A stretch of DNA of 64,000 nucleotides from contig CAZUKQ010000002.1 of the NCBI GenBank assembly GCA_964621025.1, positions 35,292 through 99,291 on the forward strand, read 5' to 3'. The stretch is from Candidatus Woesearchaeota archaeon. GTDB lineage: Archaea > Nanobdellota > Nanobdellia > Pacearchaeales > GW2011-AR1. Shown here piece after piece: positions 17,277 through 27,318 of the stretch (the first letter of the stretch is position 1; every line of letters begins with the position of its first letter). The notes beneath the pieces are model-generated. The model worked only from the letters and a program-made list of their open reading frames with translations, was not told the DNA's origin and did no database searches. The position numbers were made by a program, and so were the translations under genes.

Positions 17277-19145
17277 TTAATAGACTAATTCAAAATCTCC
17301 GAAAGATTTTTTCAAGATTTCTAATGCTTTTAGGTCAATTTTAGATTCATTTTTCTTTTCGGCAAGTCTTTTTTGCAGTTCTTCAGCATTTGAGTCTACT
17401 ATTTTCCCTTCTAAAATCTTAGTTATTTTGTCTCCTTCAACTACAAATGTGTTTCCTAAAAAGAATACTTCTGCAGATTTCTTATTTCCTTTAATTATGA
17501 ATCTTGTTCGGTCCATTGACATGAAATCGCATCTTTGATTATATTCTACAAGTGCGTTGATAACTTCCATTCCGCTTCTTCTTGCTTTTTCAACTTCGTT
17601 TATCTCTTTTCCAGTCAACAAATCTTTTTTCTTTTCTTTTTTAGCTTCGTTCTTTTCAGATTTTAATTCGTCCTTTACTCTGATAAGAACTTTTAGGTTT
17701 TCAAGATATTTTCTCGGGAATTTTCCAGTTTTAATCATCTTATTTTCAAATTCCTTAACAACATCTGCTTCTTTTTCTTTTTTCAACATAGGTCTTAACA
17801 TTCCCAAAACGTCTTCATATATTTGTGAAATACTTTTTTCCTCAACTCTTTTTTCAATTTGTTTTCTCAGATCTTTTAGTCTAGTGTAATAATCAATAGA
17901 GTCTTTTACTAATCTATCTAATTCTTGTCCCGAAACTTTCTTGATTTTTCCGTGTTCGAATCCTTTGTAGTATTTTATAACAACTTCTTCGAGAATATCT
18001 GCGTATTTTGCTTCTACAAGTTTCTCTTTTTCTACGAAAATTTCTCTAAAGGCTTTTACAGTTTCTTTAGGAGTTGAAGGTGTTAGCCCGTAAATCATAA
18101 GTAGACCTTGTGTTGGTGTTGAAATTCCCCAATATAAATCATGAAGAACTACATCCATTAATTTTCTTTCGACCATTTCGCCCATTTTATCGCCTGAGGA
18201 CATGAACATATCAATTGCTTCAGGTGTTGGTTTGATTTTTCCTCTTCTCAATAAAGATTTCCAAGGTAGGAAAACTGCTCTGTCGTAAAGTGGAACACCG
18301 TCTCTTAGAAAAGTGAAAGCTACAGGTTCTGCGTCTCTCAATCTTTCCCAGAATTCTGTTAACAATGCAACTTGAACGTTTAGAACATTTCCAACGCCAG
18401 CCATTGCAGTTGCTTCTGCAATATAACTGTAAATTATTGAACGTAACTTTTCTCTGATTTCTGCACCGGACATTCTTTTTACATCAGTATCATCGATTAT
18501 TACGAAAACATCTACATCTGAAGTTTTTTTTGCTTCGCCTCTAACTAGAGAACCTGCAATAATATAGGAAGTTACGTATTTTTCGAATTTTTTTAAGACT
18601 AAAGTTCTGTGAATCATTGAAACTCTTAGAGCACCAAGCAATCCTTTGTCGAAAAGAGGGAAAGACATTGCTATCGCTTCCATTACATCGAATTTGCTAT
18701 CTAAACCTAGGTTCCAAACATCAACTGGAGTCATTATATGTGTCCAGATTTTGTCGTTGTATTTCTTTGCTGTTTTGATAACTTCTGCTTTTATCTTTGC
18801 TAAGTTTTTGAATTGGTTTTCTGGAAGAACTAAAATAATGTGGATAAGTTTTTTGTCTGCTGCTTCTTTTGCAATTTCATATTCTTCTTCTATTTTTTGA
18901 TTTGCTTGTGCAGGAATTATCCCTATAGATTCAATAAATTTGTATTTTGTTTTGATTTCCTTCGTGAATTTGTCAATGTCTTGCTTTGTTTTGTCTGCTT
19001 CTTTCTTCATTTTTTCTTCTAGAGAGCTTTGAATAGTGTTTGCAATTGGAAGATCGCCCAGTTTTCCTTTAGGAACATATCCGCTAGAAAGGTTTTTTTC
19101 AACAGAAGCATTTTCAGTCTTTATTCTAGAACTTGGTTCAGCCAT
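17277..19145 (-). CDS. nucleotidyltransferase (Pol-beta/MNT) domain protein with HEPN-like helical region
   Basis: GSLVRG...SDVDVFVIIDD, RDGVPLYD; similar degenerate unit at N-terminus (SFPLFD). Confidence 0.8.
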   Translation of the reverse strand: MAEPSSRIKTENASVEKNLSSGYVPKGKLGDLPIANTIQSSLEEKMKKEADKTKQDIDKFTKEIKTKYKFIESIGIIPAQANQKIEEEYEIAKEAADKKLIHIILVLPENQFKNLAKIKAEVIKTAKKYNDKIWTHIMTPVDVWNLGLDSKFDVMEAIAMSFPLFDKGLLGALRVSMIHRTLVLKKFEKYVTSYIIAGSLVRGEAKKTSDVDVFVIIDDTDVKRMSGAEIREKLRSIIYSYIAEATAMAGVGNVLNVQVALLTEFWERLRDAEPVAFTFLRDGVPLYDRAVFLPWKSLLRRGKIKPTPEAIDMFMSSGDKMGEMVERKLMDVVLHDLYWGISTPTQGLLMIYGLTPSTPKETVKAFREIFVEKEKLVEAKYADILEEVVIKYYKGFEHGKIKKVSGQELDRLVKDSIDYYTRLKDLRKQIEKRVEEKSISQIYEDVLGMLRPMLKKEKEADVVKEFENKMIKTGKFPRKYLENLKVLIRVKDELKSEKNEAKKEKKKDLLTGKEINEVEKARRSGMEVINALVEYNQRCDFMSMDRTRFIIKGNKKSAEVFFLGNTFVVEGDKITKILEGKIVDSNAEELQKRLAEKKNESKIDLKALEILKKSFGDFELVY

Positions 19146-19259
19146 GATTTTATTTGAGTTTTTAGATATATAAATGTTATTACTTAATTCTAGTAGGGAT
19201 TTCTTTAGATTATGTTAGACCACACAAATCCTTAAATAATAACTCTCTTAAAAGAATAG

Positions 19260-19466
19260 ATGAGATACATACTTCATGGAAGCAATGATGCAGATACTGA
19301 TAACGCGATGAAACTTTTGGACAAAGCAGAGATTCCTTACAGACTAGAAATGGACAAAACAGAAATTGTTACTTTAGTAGGATTTGGTGGAAGATACACA
19401 GGTTTACTTCAGATTCATCAGGCATTTGGTAGTGGTTCTTTAGAAGATTTAACTATAGCTGCTTAA
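19260..19466 (+). CDS. small hypothetical protein, possibly Cys-less glutaredoxin-like
   Basis: TATA at 19231; LLDKAEIPY...GGRYTGL pattern. Confidence 0.55.
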   Translation: MRYILHGSNDADTDNAMKLLDKAEIPYRLEMDKTEIVTLVGFGGRYTGLLQIHQAFGSGSLEDLTIAA

Positions 19467-19523
19467 TTCTATTTTTACTCAATAAGAAAACTTTAAAAGC
19501 CTTCCAGAACTATAAAATTTATC

Positions 19524-19596
19524 GATCCCGTGGTCTAGTGGTTACGACGTCTCGTTTACACCGAGAAGATCACCGGTTCAATTCCGGTCGGGATCA
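19524..19596 (+). tRNA. tRNA-Val(TAC)
   Basis: GATCCCG/CGGGATC acceptor, TCTCG-TTTACAC-CGAGA anticodon arm, ACCGG-TTCAATT-CCGGT; no encoded CCA. Confidence 0.95.
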
Positions 19597-19620
19597 TTCG
19601 TAATTCTATTCAAATTTTTA

Positions 19621-20202
19621 TTAAGCAGCCAAAGTGAATAGGTTGTAAGCGCCAGTGAATATCAATTCTATTGCTATTGCTGTCAAGAATAGGCCCAAGA
19701 TTTTAGAGCTGATTTTGATAACTTTAAGGTTTATTTTTCTGATGCTGTAGGAGAACAGGACAAAAACAATCCCTACTAGAATAAATGTTGGGATGATGTT
19801 TAAAAGAAGCGCAGTTTTTCCTATTTCTATAGATTTGATTATTATGAATGAAATTGTAGCCGGACCAGTTAAAAGAGGGGTTGCTAAAATAGAAATTAGG
19901 CTGTCAACTTTTCCAACTTTATCTTCTTTTTCTTTATCTCTAACGGTGTCTAGGCCAAGTAAAAGTAAACAAATACCTCCAGCAATTCTAAATGAATCGA
20001 TGGTTATTCCAAAAAAACCGAAAAGGCTTGAACCTATGAGGCAGATGATAATCGCAATAACGAATGCTAACAATGAAGCTTGAACTGCAATTTTTTTAAC
20101 ATTCATTTTGTTTTGATATGCAGTAAATAGAACTGGAAAAGACGAAAAAGGATTTATCAGCACAAACATTTGTACAATCAATGCAAGACTTATAATTTCC
20201 AT
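19621..20202 (-). CDS. marC: MarC family membrane protein
   Basis: INPF, FRIAGG, ATPLLTGPATI, LGLFL.AIA. Confidence 0.9.
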   Translation of the reverse strand: MEIISLALIVQMFVLINPFSSFPVLFTAYQNKMNVKKIAVQASLLAFVIAIIICLIGSSLFGFFGITIDSFRIAGGICLLLLGLDTVRDKEKEDKVGKVDSLISILATPLLTGPATISFIIIKSIEIGKTALLLNIIPTFILVGIVFVLFSYSIRKINLKVIKISSKILGLFLTAIAIELIFTGAYNLFTLAA

Positions 20203-20262
20203 TTGATTAAAAGGATAATCTATTTTTTAAATACTTCTGCTAGAGAAAATTAAATTAATTTC

Positions 20263-22176
20263 TTACTCTTTCTTTCTATTTCTTCTTACTTTGTATGCTG
20301 CGATTGCACCAGCTGCTCCAAGAATGTATGGCCAAGGTCCAAGATAGATTTGTTTCTTAAGAAGAGGATTGTTTTCTACAAATTGTCCTTTAAATTCAGA
20401 TTCAATTCCATACTTTTGAGCTAGGTCTTTTGCATAAGGTCTTTTTGTTGCGTTAAGTAATTTGACGATGTCGTATCTTGCAACCAAAGTAGATTCTTGA
20501 GTAAGGGCTCTGCTTAAATTTCCAACGTTCAAATCATTGAATAACATTATGTCACTTCTTTGGTCATTTATGAATCCCAAAACTGAATGTTGGCCAAATC
20601 CTCTATGGATTTGATCAGGCATCAAAGATTCCATATAGGCCCCATATTTGAAATATTGCTGTGAAGTTTTCATATCGCTTTCTGATGGAGCCATAAATGA
20701 ATAGTTTGCTGTTAGTGTGAGGTCTGTTTCTGGTTTTATTCCCCTTGCAAGTTTTTCTAGTTCGACTATTTCGTCGTGTGTAGGTTTACATAAAACTTTT
20801 CCAATAAGTTCTTTTTTCTTGTCTATTTTTCCGTTGCCGTTCAGGTCAAGATAATAACTGTAAATTACGTCGCTACCATAACTCAGGAAGAAATCTCTTA
20901 TTTCTATTCTAGCTATTTCTCCGAATTTGTCTTCTAAAGAGTAACCGCCGTTGTTGTATTTATCGAATAAATAATTTGCATCTTTTCCCTTTCCAAGTTT
21001 AAATGATTTAATAATTGGCCAAGAACCTGGAAAAAGGTCCCATTCATTTTCAACTCTTAGAATGTTTGATTTGTCTCTGTTAACTCCAAGCCACTGACTA
21101 AATCTTTGTAGATTACTTGGATCTTCTCCAAGATAAATTGTACTTTCTTGAGGTAATATTTTTAGAACACCATCTTCAAAAGTGGAGTAGATTGGTTGTT
21201 TTTTCATTTGACTAGTTAAATCAACCATTTTATTAGCTAATTTTTCTCTAACTTTTTCATTAACTGAGCTTGAACTGTTAATTGCTTTTACTGTTTTGAA
21301 GAATTCATCTGCTAAAACTTTGTTTTCAGGAGTTTCAAGAAAATCTTCTAGCAATGTTCCTTCTCTGTAAAAGTCTCCAAATAAAAATCCAAATACTCCT
21401 CTTTTTTCAGCTAGACGGTTAACCATTACTCTTTTGTCTAGTTTACCTCGGTGATCTGTTTCAATAATCCCTAGTTCGTTTGGACCAAGAGTTCCATCAG
21501 TAGGAAATTCTACAACGTCTATGTCAACTTGTCTTGTTCCTCTTTCCGGATCATGTTTGTATACCATGTATTTGTTTGCACCTTTTGTAGATGTACCATC
21601 TTCATCTACGATTAATTCTGCAAATTGTTCTTTGAAATTTATGCTTCCACCGATACTCAATCCTGCCTGAAATCTTTCTGGTTTTTGATCGGTAGCAGCA
21701 ATTCTTCTCTGTTGAGTGTTGAACATTTTGTAATATTCTATATCTCCTCTTGTTTCTCGAATAGTTTCTGTAATGAAAGTTCCAACTTTACTTTCTACTC
21801 CTCCGCCTTCCTGTACTTGTGTTATTGATTCTCTGTCGGCTTTTTCTGCAGCTTTCTTCTCTTTATTTCCTGCGACGTAAACTGTATGAGATGTTCGGTA
21901 GGTGACATTTCTTTCAGCAACATTCTGTCTTTTTGTTAAATAATCATAACTTAACCAGGCTACTCCCAAACCCAATGCTACTGCACCAATTTTAAGATAA
22001 GGTCCGAGATGCTCGCTGCTTTCTTTTTTTAGAGTTTCAAATCCTCCTTTTAGTTTATCTGCGAGTGTCTTTTTTTGTGGAGCTCCAGCTAAATTTTCTC
22101 CAGTTGGTTCAACTGAAGGTCTATTTGACATTCCTTCTTTCAGTCTTGCGATTCTTTCGCTGTTATCTTCTACCAT
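20263..22176 (-). CDS. large hypothetical surface protein with N- and C-terminal TM anchors
   Basis: TM near aa 60-78; C-term GPWPYILGAAGAIAAY plus basic tail; DLNGNGKID Ca-binding-like loop; last gene of operon. Confidence 0.8.
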   Translation of the reverse strand: MVEDNSERIARLKEGMSNRPSVEPTGENLAGAPQKKTLADKLKGGFETLKKESSEHLGPYLKIGAVALGLGVAWLSYDYLTKRQNVAERNVTYRTSHTVYVAGNKEKKAAEKADRESITQVQEGGGVESKVGTFITETIRETRGDIEYYKMFNTQQRRIAATDQKPERFQAGLSIGGSINFKEQFAELIVDEDGTSTKGANKYMVYKHDPERGTRQVDIDVVEFPTDGTLGPNELGIIETDHRGKLDKRVMVNRLAEKRGVFGFLFGDFYREGTLLEDFLETPENKVLADEFFKTVKAINSSSSVNEKVREKLANKMVDLTSQMKKQPIYSTFEDGVLKILPQESTIYLGEDPSNLQRFSQWLGVNRDKSNILRVENEWDLFPGSWPIIKSFKLGKGKDANYLFDKYNNGGYSLEDKFGEIARIEIRDFFLSYGSDVIYSYYLDLNGNGKIDKKKELIGKVLCKPTHDEIVELEKLARGIKPETDLTLTANYSFMAPSESDMKTSQQYFKYGAYMESLMPDQIHRGFGQHSVLGFINDQRSDIMLFNDLNVGNLSRALTQESTLVARYDIVKLLNATKRPYAKDLAQKYGIESEFKGQFVENNPLLKKQIYLGPWPYILGAAGAIAAYKVRRNRKKE

Positions 22177-22182
22177 GCTACT

Positions 22183-23067
22183 TTATTTACGTCCTAAAAC
22201 ATTTTTCTCGAAGTCGTCTAGTTCTTGTTTTCTTTTTGCCTTAGCATCGTCTAGTTTCTTCTGAGCAGCTTGTTCTTTGGATCTTCTTTTGTCAATAAGA
22301 CCTTGTCTTATTGATTCTATTCCAGTTCCAATAGCACTAGTTACGCCTACAGTAGCCTTACCAGCTTTTTCTCCAATAGCCGCGCCAATTTCTCCAGCAG
22401 ACAAATCTTTTTTCATTTCATTCTGTTCTGGACTCTTAGCTAGTTCTAGATTAGCTGTAGCTGAATAAGTTCTAACAACTTCTAAAAGTTTTCCGTCCTT
22501 TGTTAGTTGTTTAAGAATGTTATTCACTTCAGTTTCTTCTTTGGATCTTCGGATATAATCTTTTGTTTTAAGCATTCCTTTTCCAAATTGCAATCCTAAG
22601 AACAATCCTGCTGCTTGTGCAGGTGTGTACAAAAGTGCGTTAATTGGATTCCCTACTCCTGTCGCAATACTTGAAGCAGTCACAATTCCGTCGCCTACAA
22701 GTTCTATACCGAAAGCAGTTCCTAATTGAGCACGAGCACTTAAAGTGTTTAGTCTCTCATATGGTTTCAATCTTCCAAGTCTTTCTGTAAGTCTTTCTGT
22801 TCTAGATGTATTTTGTGTTGTTACAGTTTCACCATAACTTCTAAAATATTCTCTTGCAGTCATTACGTTTTTCAAATAGTCTTGAGAACTTGTTTCTTCT
22901 GAATGTTGTACTAGATATTCTAGTGCTTCAGCTTGTCCAAGTTTTTTTGCAATTCGTGTGTCTGCATTTCTTCTTGCGTTTTCAGAATAGTGTCTGTCTG
23001 TTAAAGACAAAGCTAGTCCGCCGACAAAATGTCCAGCAAAGTTTAAACCCATTTCTTGTAATGTCAT
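22183..23067 (-). CDS. hypothetical Gly-rich membrane-associated protein
   Basis: Gly/Ala-rich hydrophobic segments, charged C-terminal helix; ATGA overlap with GGAGGT SD. Confidence 0.8.
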   Translation of the reverse strand: MTLQEMGLNFAGHFVGGLALSLTDRHYSENARRNADTRIAKKLGQAEALEYLVQHSEETSSQDYLKNVMTAREYFRSYGETVTTQNTSRTERLTERLGRLKPYERLNTLSARAQLGTAFGIELVGDGIVTASSIATGVGNPINALLYTPAQAAGLFLGLQFGKGMLKTKDYIRRSKEETEVNNILKQLTKDGKLLEVVRTYSATANLELAKSPEQNEMKKDLSAGEIGAAIGEKAGKATVGVTSAIGTGIESIRQGLIDKRRSKEQAAQKKLDDAKAKRKQELDDFEKNVLGRK

Positions 23068-24359
23068 TTTTTACCTCCTTGTTGATTTAGTTGATTTTCA
23101 AGTAAAACACGAGCAACATGTCTTTTTCGGTTTAGGGGCATCGAAGGGAATTCTCTTCTTAATTTGCTTCTGTTGTATTCATACATTCTGATAACATCTG
23201 TAGGGTCTATTTCTGCAAGTAGGTGATTGATTACTTCTGGTTTAGATACAGGTTCAGAAAGTTTTAACATTGTTTCGTAACATAATTCATCGGCTTCTAC
23301 TAATTCTTTAATTTTTATACTAGAACTTCCTAAAACTTTTCTCACCTTACTCATCTCAGTCCAAGTAGGTGATAATTCTGAGGAGTGAGCTGTTACTTCT
23401 CTTTTTCTAGCAGTGTCATCTAAGTCTGCTAAATCAATTCCAGCAGTGAGAAGAGTTTCATCTTCCATTTCTTGTAATCTTCTACCCACTAAATCCGGAT
23501 TAAATTGTAGGAATTTGTATTTATGTAATGTTTTGATTAATTCTGTGTCGTGTAAGTCAGAAGTTAATATTTCAGAACTCAAATCTTTCGGTTGGCCTTG
23601 ATGATGGGAAATAAAAATTCCTGCAAGGTCGTCTTTATTTTTGAAATTTCTCAAACAGTAAGCTCCTTTAAAAAATTCAGCATAGAAACAGTGAACTTCT
23701 TTTGTTACAGGAAATACTTTTGAAATTGCTCTGTTTGTTGAACCACCTAATATGGCTGCTAATCCTTGAAGTTGTGAAATGTATTCGTCATCTAGTGCAT
23801 TGTGCACATTTAATTTTCCAAGCATCTGATCCAATCTTAAACAATTTTTTACAGTTCCTCTTGAAGTGTCCAAGTTTACTTCTACAGTTCTTAATTGAAG
23901 TAAATCATCTGCTGTTTGAAAAATATCTACGCCGTCTTCCATTTCACCGAATAAAGCTTCTGAGTGAGTGACATCTTCGATAGTATGCTTTGCTTGTCTA
24001 TAAACTTCGTCGAATAAACCATTTTCATAGGAAGTTTGAGGAAATACTAGAGGAGCATCTTTTTGGTCTGGAGAAACTACAATCATGTATCTATTAGCCG
24101 AACCAATGTTAAGATAGTTTTCTCCAAATTCTAAAAGTCTATGTGTCGGATTTTTTTCTTTTAAGTGTGCAGCAACTTCCGGACTTAATCCTCTTTTGTC
24201 TACTCTAAAAGAATCTAATGTACAGTCCCAACTGAAAGCTTCTTTCAAAACTGCGTTGTATCTTTTTGCAAGTTCTCCGTCGACAGTAAGGAGTCCTTGA
24301 TTGATTAAGCCAAGTTGTTCTAAATCAACATTTCTTTTTGATATTTTTATTTCTGCCAT
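23064..24359 (-). CDS. DUF6638-like protein
   Basis: RYNAVL..SFRVDKRGLSPEVA..NRYMIVVSPDQ..P..LFGEMED...DDLL matches my recollection of DUF6638; not searched. Confidence 0.7.
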   Translation of the reverse strand: MAEIKISKRNVDLEQLGLINQGLLTVDGELAKRYNAVLKEAFSWDCTLDSFRVDKRGLSPEVAAHLKEKNPTHRLLEFGENYLNIGSANRYMIVVSPDQKDAPLVFPQTSYENGLFDEVYRQAKHTIEDVTHSEALFGEMEDGVDIFQTADDLLQLRTVEVNLDTSRGTVKNCLRLDQMLGKLNVHNALDDEYISQLQGLAAILGGSTNRAISKVFPVTKEVHCFYAEFFKGAYCLRNFKNKDDLAGIFISHHQGQPKDLSSEILTSDLHDTELIKTLHKYKFLQFNPDLVGRRLQEMEDETLLTAGIDLADLDDTARKREVTAHSSELSPTWTEMSKVRKVLGSSSIKIKELVEADELCYETMLKLSEPVSKPEVINHLLAEIDPTDVIRMYEYNRSKLRREFPSMPLNRKRHVARVLLENQLNQQGGKK

Positions 24360-24360
24360 T

Positions 24361-26190
24361 TTATTTTCCAGTTAGTCTTTTCATTGCCTCTTGATTTACT
24401 TGTGCTTGATGCATTACTTTCTTGACATCTGATTCAAATTTTTCTTGAGTGTACACGTCTTGGTTTTTTGCGTATCTTATAATTTCTCTAGCGATATCTT
24501 CTGCGGAAACTTTTTTAGATAAATCTCTTAGGATTCCGACTCTTTCTTCATATGGTTTAAAGAAAAATTCGTTTGGATTTTCAAACCAAGTTTCTGGAAT
24601 ATCATAATCGTTAATTCTTTTTTTGATTGCGTCAGAAACAGAATCAATAGGTCTTCCGGTAAATCGAGGGTTTAGTCCCTTGTAATAAACACAGAGTTCA
24701 CCAATATCTTTGAAGGTTTTTATTCCGCCTTTGAATCTTGAAAGTGCTTCGTTTACAAATTTTTCATCTTCTTTCGAGGTGATTTCAAAACCAGTTTGGC
24801 CTTTTCTCATTTCAAAAGGAGTGTATCCTTTGCCAAGTTCAACGTCGATGATACTCATTCCAGGTTTAAGCCAACTTCCAAGTTTGTTTCGTAATATGTC
24901 TGCATAGTCATACCATTCTTGAGGACCATCTACTTGATATTGTGAACCAAATCTCTGAAGTAACGCTGCGTCTAGAGAAGTAGGTGCGTTTGTAGCAGCC
25001 CACCATTGTACATTTCCTCTTTTTCTTTTACTCAAATCTGTTCCAGCCATTATCTGCATTAATCCATTCAAAATATCTTTATCTGCTCCACCATTGCTAC
25101 CGTCTCTGTCTCCTTCCATCAATAAGTCAATATCATCTATAACTCCAATGTTCAGTCTTGTTGGGTCAGCAGTTTCGTCGTCTGCAGCAGCCATCTTTGC
25201 AGCAGTTCCACCATACATTTTATCTTTAACTTTCGGATCTATCATTATTCTATGTAAGTTAAGTCCTTTGGCATTTTTTTCTTTCCAGAATTCAGCTGTT
25301 TGATCGCATCTAAGTTTTGCTCTTGTCCAACCAGCTAAGAATAAAGTAGACTTACCAGTTCCGGGAAGACCGACGTAAAGAACGCTCCAAGATAGCCCTC
25401 CAACTTCGCCAATAGGATTCTTTTTTAATATTGGATCGTAAAGTCCTAATCTGTCCATGTCTCTAAACATTTCTTTTTTAGCAAGAACATTTCCTGCAAC
25501 TTCATGAGGTTGAACTAATGTGAATTCTGTTTTAGAAGCAGTTTTTTCTTCAAGTTTGCTTTCAAAACCAGAGAGAGTAAATTCTCCCATAACATCGAAG
25601 TTAGTAGTACTTACCAAATCTACTAATCTTTTATTTAGATTAGGTTTTAATTCAAGCGCTTTACTTTTTAGGTGTTCAAAATATGGAATGGTTGATTGGA
25701 CTAGTTCTTGTCCGTTGTTTATTATACTTTTATCTTTTCTGTGTTTGGTAATTCCATAATATACTGCAAGAGTATTATTAAGGACTTCATTTTCTGTTTG
25801 ACTAAAATCTGGATTAAAGGTTTTTATAGGAAATTCCATTGGTTCACCCTGTAATATTTTACTAAGTCTGCTTTCAATGAAGGATGCTGCTCCGAACGTA
25901 GAATAAGCTCCCATGAAAGTTCTTTTTTCTTTGTCAGGAATTTCTCCATCTATTTTTTCCTGAATCATTCTTCTTTGAAGTTGTTCATATAATTCCCCGT
26001 ATAAAGAAAAGCCACTTCTTAGAGCGTCGGTTGTCCCAACTAATTCGTTATCTAATTTTAAACCTTTTATTAAGTCTGTCAAGCTTGGTCTATTTTGTGG
26101 GTCGATTCTAACACAATTCATTCTGCTATCTACATCTGCTCCTCGTTTTTCTAGTGCGTCTTTAGATATAGGTATTAAATTGCCGCTCAT
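24361..26190 (-). CDS. AAA+ ATPase (divergent classical AAA clade)
   Basis: Walker A GLPGTGKS, Walker B IGVIDDID, sensor-1 AATN, DAALLQR; start at 26190 (GGAGG SD, ATGA overlap). Confidence 0.9.
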   Translation of the reverse strand: MSGNLIPISKDALEKRGADVDSRMNCVRIDPQNRPSLTDLIKGLKLDNELVGTTDALRSGFSLYGELYEQLQRRMIQEKIDGEIPDKEKRTFMGAYSTFGAASFIESRLSKILQGEPMEFPIKTFNPDFSQTENEVLNNTLAVYYGITKHRKDKSIINNGQELVQSTIPYFEHLKSKALELKPNLNKRLVDLVSTTNFDVMGEFTLSGFESKLEEKTASKTEFTLVQPHEVAGNVLAKKEMFRDMDRLGLYDPILKKNPIGEVGGLSWSVLYVGLPGTGKSTLFLAGWTRAKLRCDQTAEFWKEKNAKGLNLHRIMIDPKVKDKMYGGTAAKMAAADDETADPTRLNIGVIDDIDLLMEGDRDGSNGGADKDILNGLMQIMAGTDLSKRKRGNVQWWAATNAPTSLDAALLQRFGSQYQVDGPQEWYDYADILRNKLGSWLKPGMSIIDVELGKGYTPFEMRKGQTGFEITSKEDEKFVNEALSRFKGGIKTFKDIGELCVYYKGLNPRFTGRPIDSVSDAIKKRINDYDIPETWFENPNEFFFKPYEERVGILRDLSKKVSAEDIAREIIRYAKNQDVYTQEKFESDVKKVMHQAQVNQEAMKRLTGK

Positions 26191-27302
26191 TTGTTTCCTC
26201 CGTTTATGCCATAAACTCTGCAAGGATTTCCATATTCGTTGTGGTCTCCTCTCAGATTTTGTTTTATTCTCGTCGGCACTATTAATCCTTCGTGCATTAG
26301 TTGAGCTTCAGAATAAATTTCATATTCCATAGGTCTTTGAGTTACAACTGCTTTGATGTGTTCTAAAGTATTTCTAAAAACTCTTCGTCTGATGTCTACA
26401 CTTAAGGCTAATTCAACTTTGAATTTCAAAGCAGATGGGTCTTGACATCCTTCGAAGGCTTTTATCATTTGTTCAGAATTAGAAGTAACCGAATCATAAA
26501 ATGGACCTAGAGTATATTTTCTAACTTCTTTAGGGTGTATTTCTTCTATGGACTGGTTTAATCTAGTAGCAAAACTTTTTAGTCCTTCAATTCCGCTTTT
26601 AGTTTGTTGAATAAAGTCTTCTAGTTTAGGATTTGGTGTTGCAGGTTTATCTCCTTCGGCATGTAATGCTGGGAAATTTTCATTTTGTGTAAACCACATT
26701 TTGTAAAATACAGGTACTGCCGGAGAAGATTGAAGACTACACCAGTCGATCGCATAAAATCTTTTTTGGTTATTTGTTCCTCGGAATTCTAGTTGACCAG
26801 GAACGACTCCTTCACCTGGAAGAGTTTTTGTTTCTAGCAATTTACTGTAGTAAAGATTTCTTTTAAGAAGAATTTGTTCATGTGCAATTGGTTCTCCAGC
26901 TTTAATTTTCCATTTCATAGTATTTAACAAAGCAGGTTGTGTTGGGAGTTGAGCTAAAACTTCTTGAGCTTGTTCTCTATCTTTGTCTAAATAATAAAAA
27001 TCTTTGAAAGTAGGAAAACCTGATTCGAAAGGAAGAATGGTTGGTTGAAAGTCAATTCTGTCTTCGCCTTCAGTAGCATGTTTCAGTCTTAAACAATCTA
27101 AGCTGTCTATCAGAAAGTCTAAACTAGGCGATAAAAAACTGTGATCAAATTGTTCGGTAGAAATTTCTCCAATTACTCCTTTGAATTCTGTAACTTTTTT
27201 TATTAGTCTGTTAAAATAAGGAACAGCTTGTGTAGAATCTAATCTTCTCAAACTATTAGCCGCTTCTCTTTCAAAATCTTTCAAACCCTCTGTAAGTTCC
27301 AT
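26187..27302 (-). CDS. conserved hypothetical protein of the AAA/DUF6638 operon
   Basis: 371 aa; ESGFP, RNLYY, IDW, IHPKEVRKYTLGPFY motifs; coupled to the ATPase. Confidence 0.8.
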   Translation of the reverse strand: MELTEGLKDFEREAANSLRRLDSTQAVPYFNRLIKKVTEFKGVIGEISTEQFDHSFLSPSLDFLIDSLDCLRLKHATEGEDRIDFQPTILPFESGFPTFKDFYYLDKDREQAQEVLAQLPTQPALLNTMKWKIKAGEPIAHEQILLKRNLYYSKLLETKTLPGEGVVPGQLEFRGTNNQKRFYAIDWCSLQSSPAVPVFYKMWFTQNENFPALHAEGDKPATPNPKLEDFIQQTKSGIEGLKSFATRLNQSIEEIHPKEVRKYTLGPFYDSVTSNSEQMIKAFEGCQDPSALKFKVELALSVDIRRRVFRNTLEHIKAVVTQRPMEYEIYSEAQLMHEGLIVPTRIKQNLRGDHNEYGNPCRVYGINGGNK

Positions 27303-27318
27303 TTGATTTAATAAAGAA

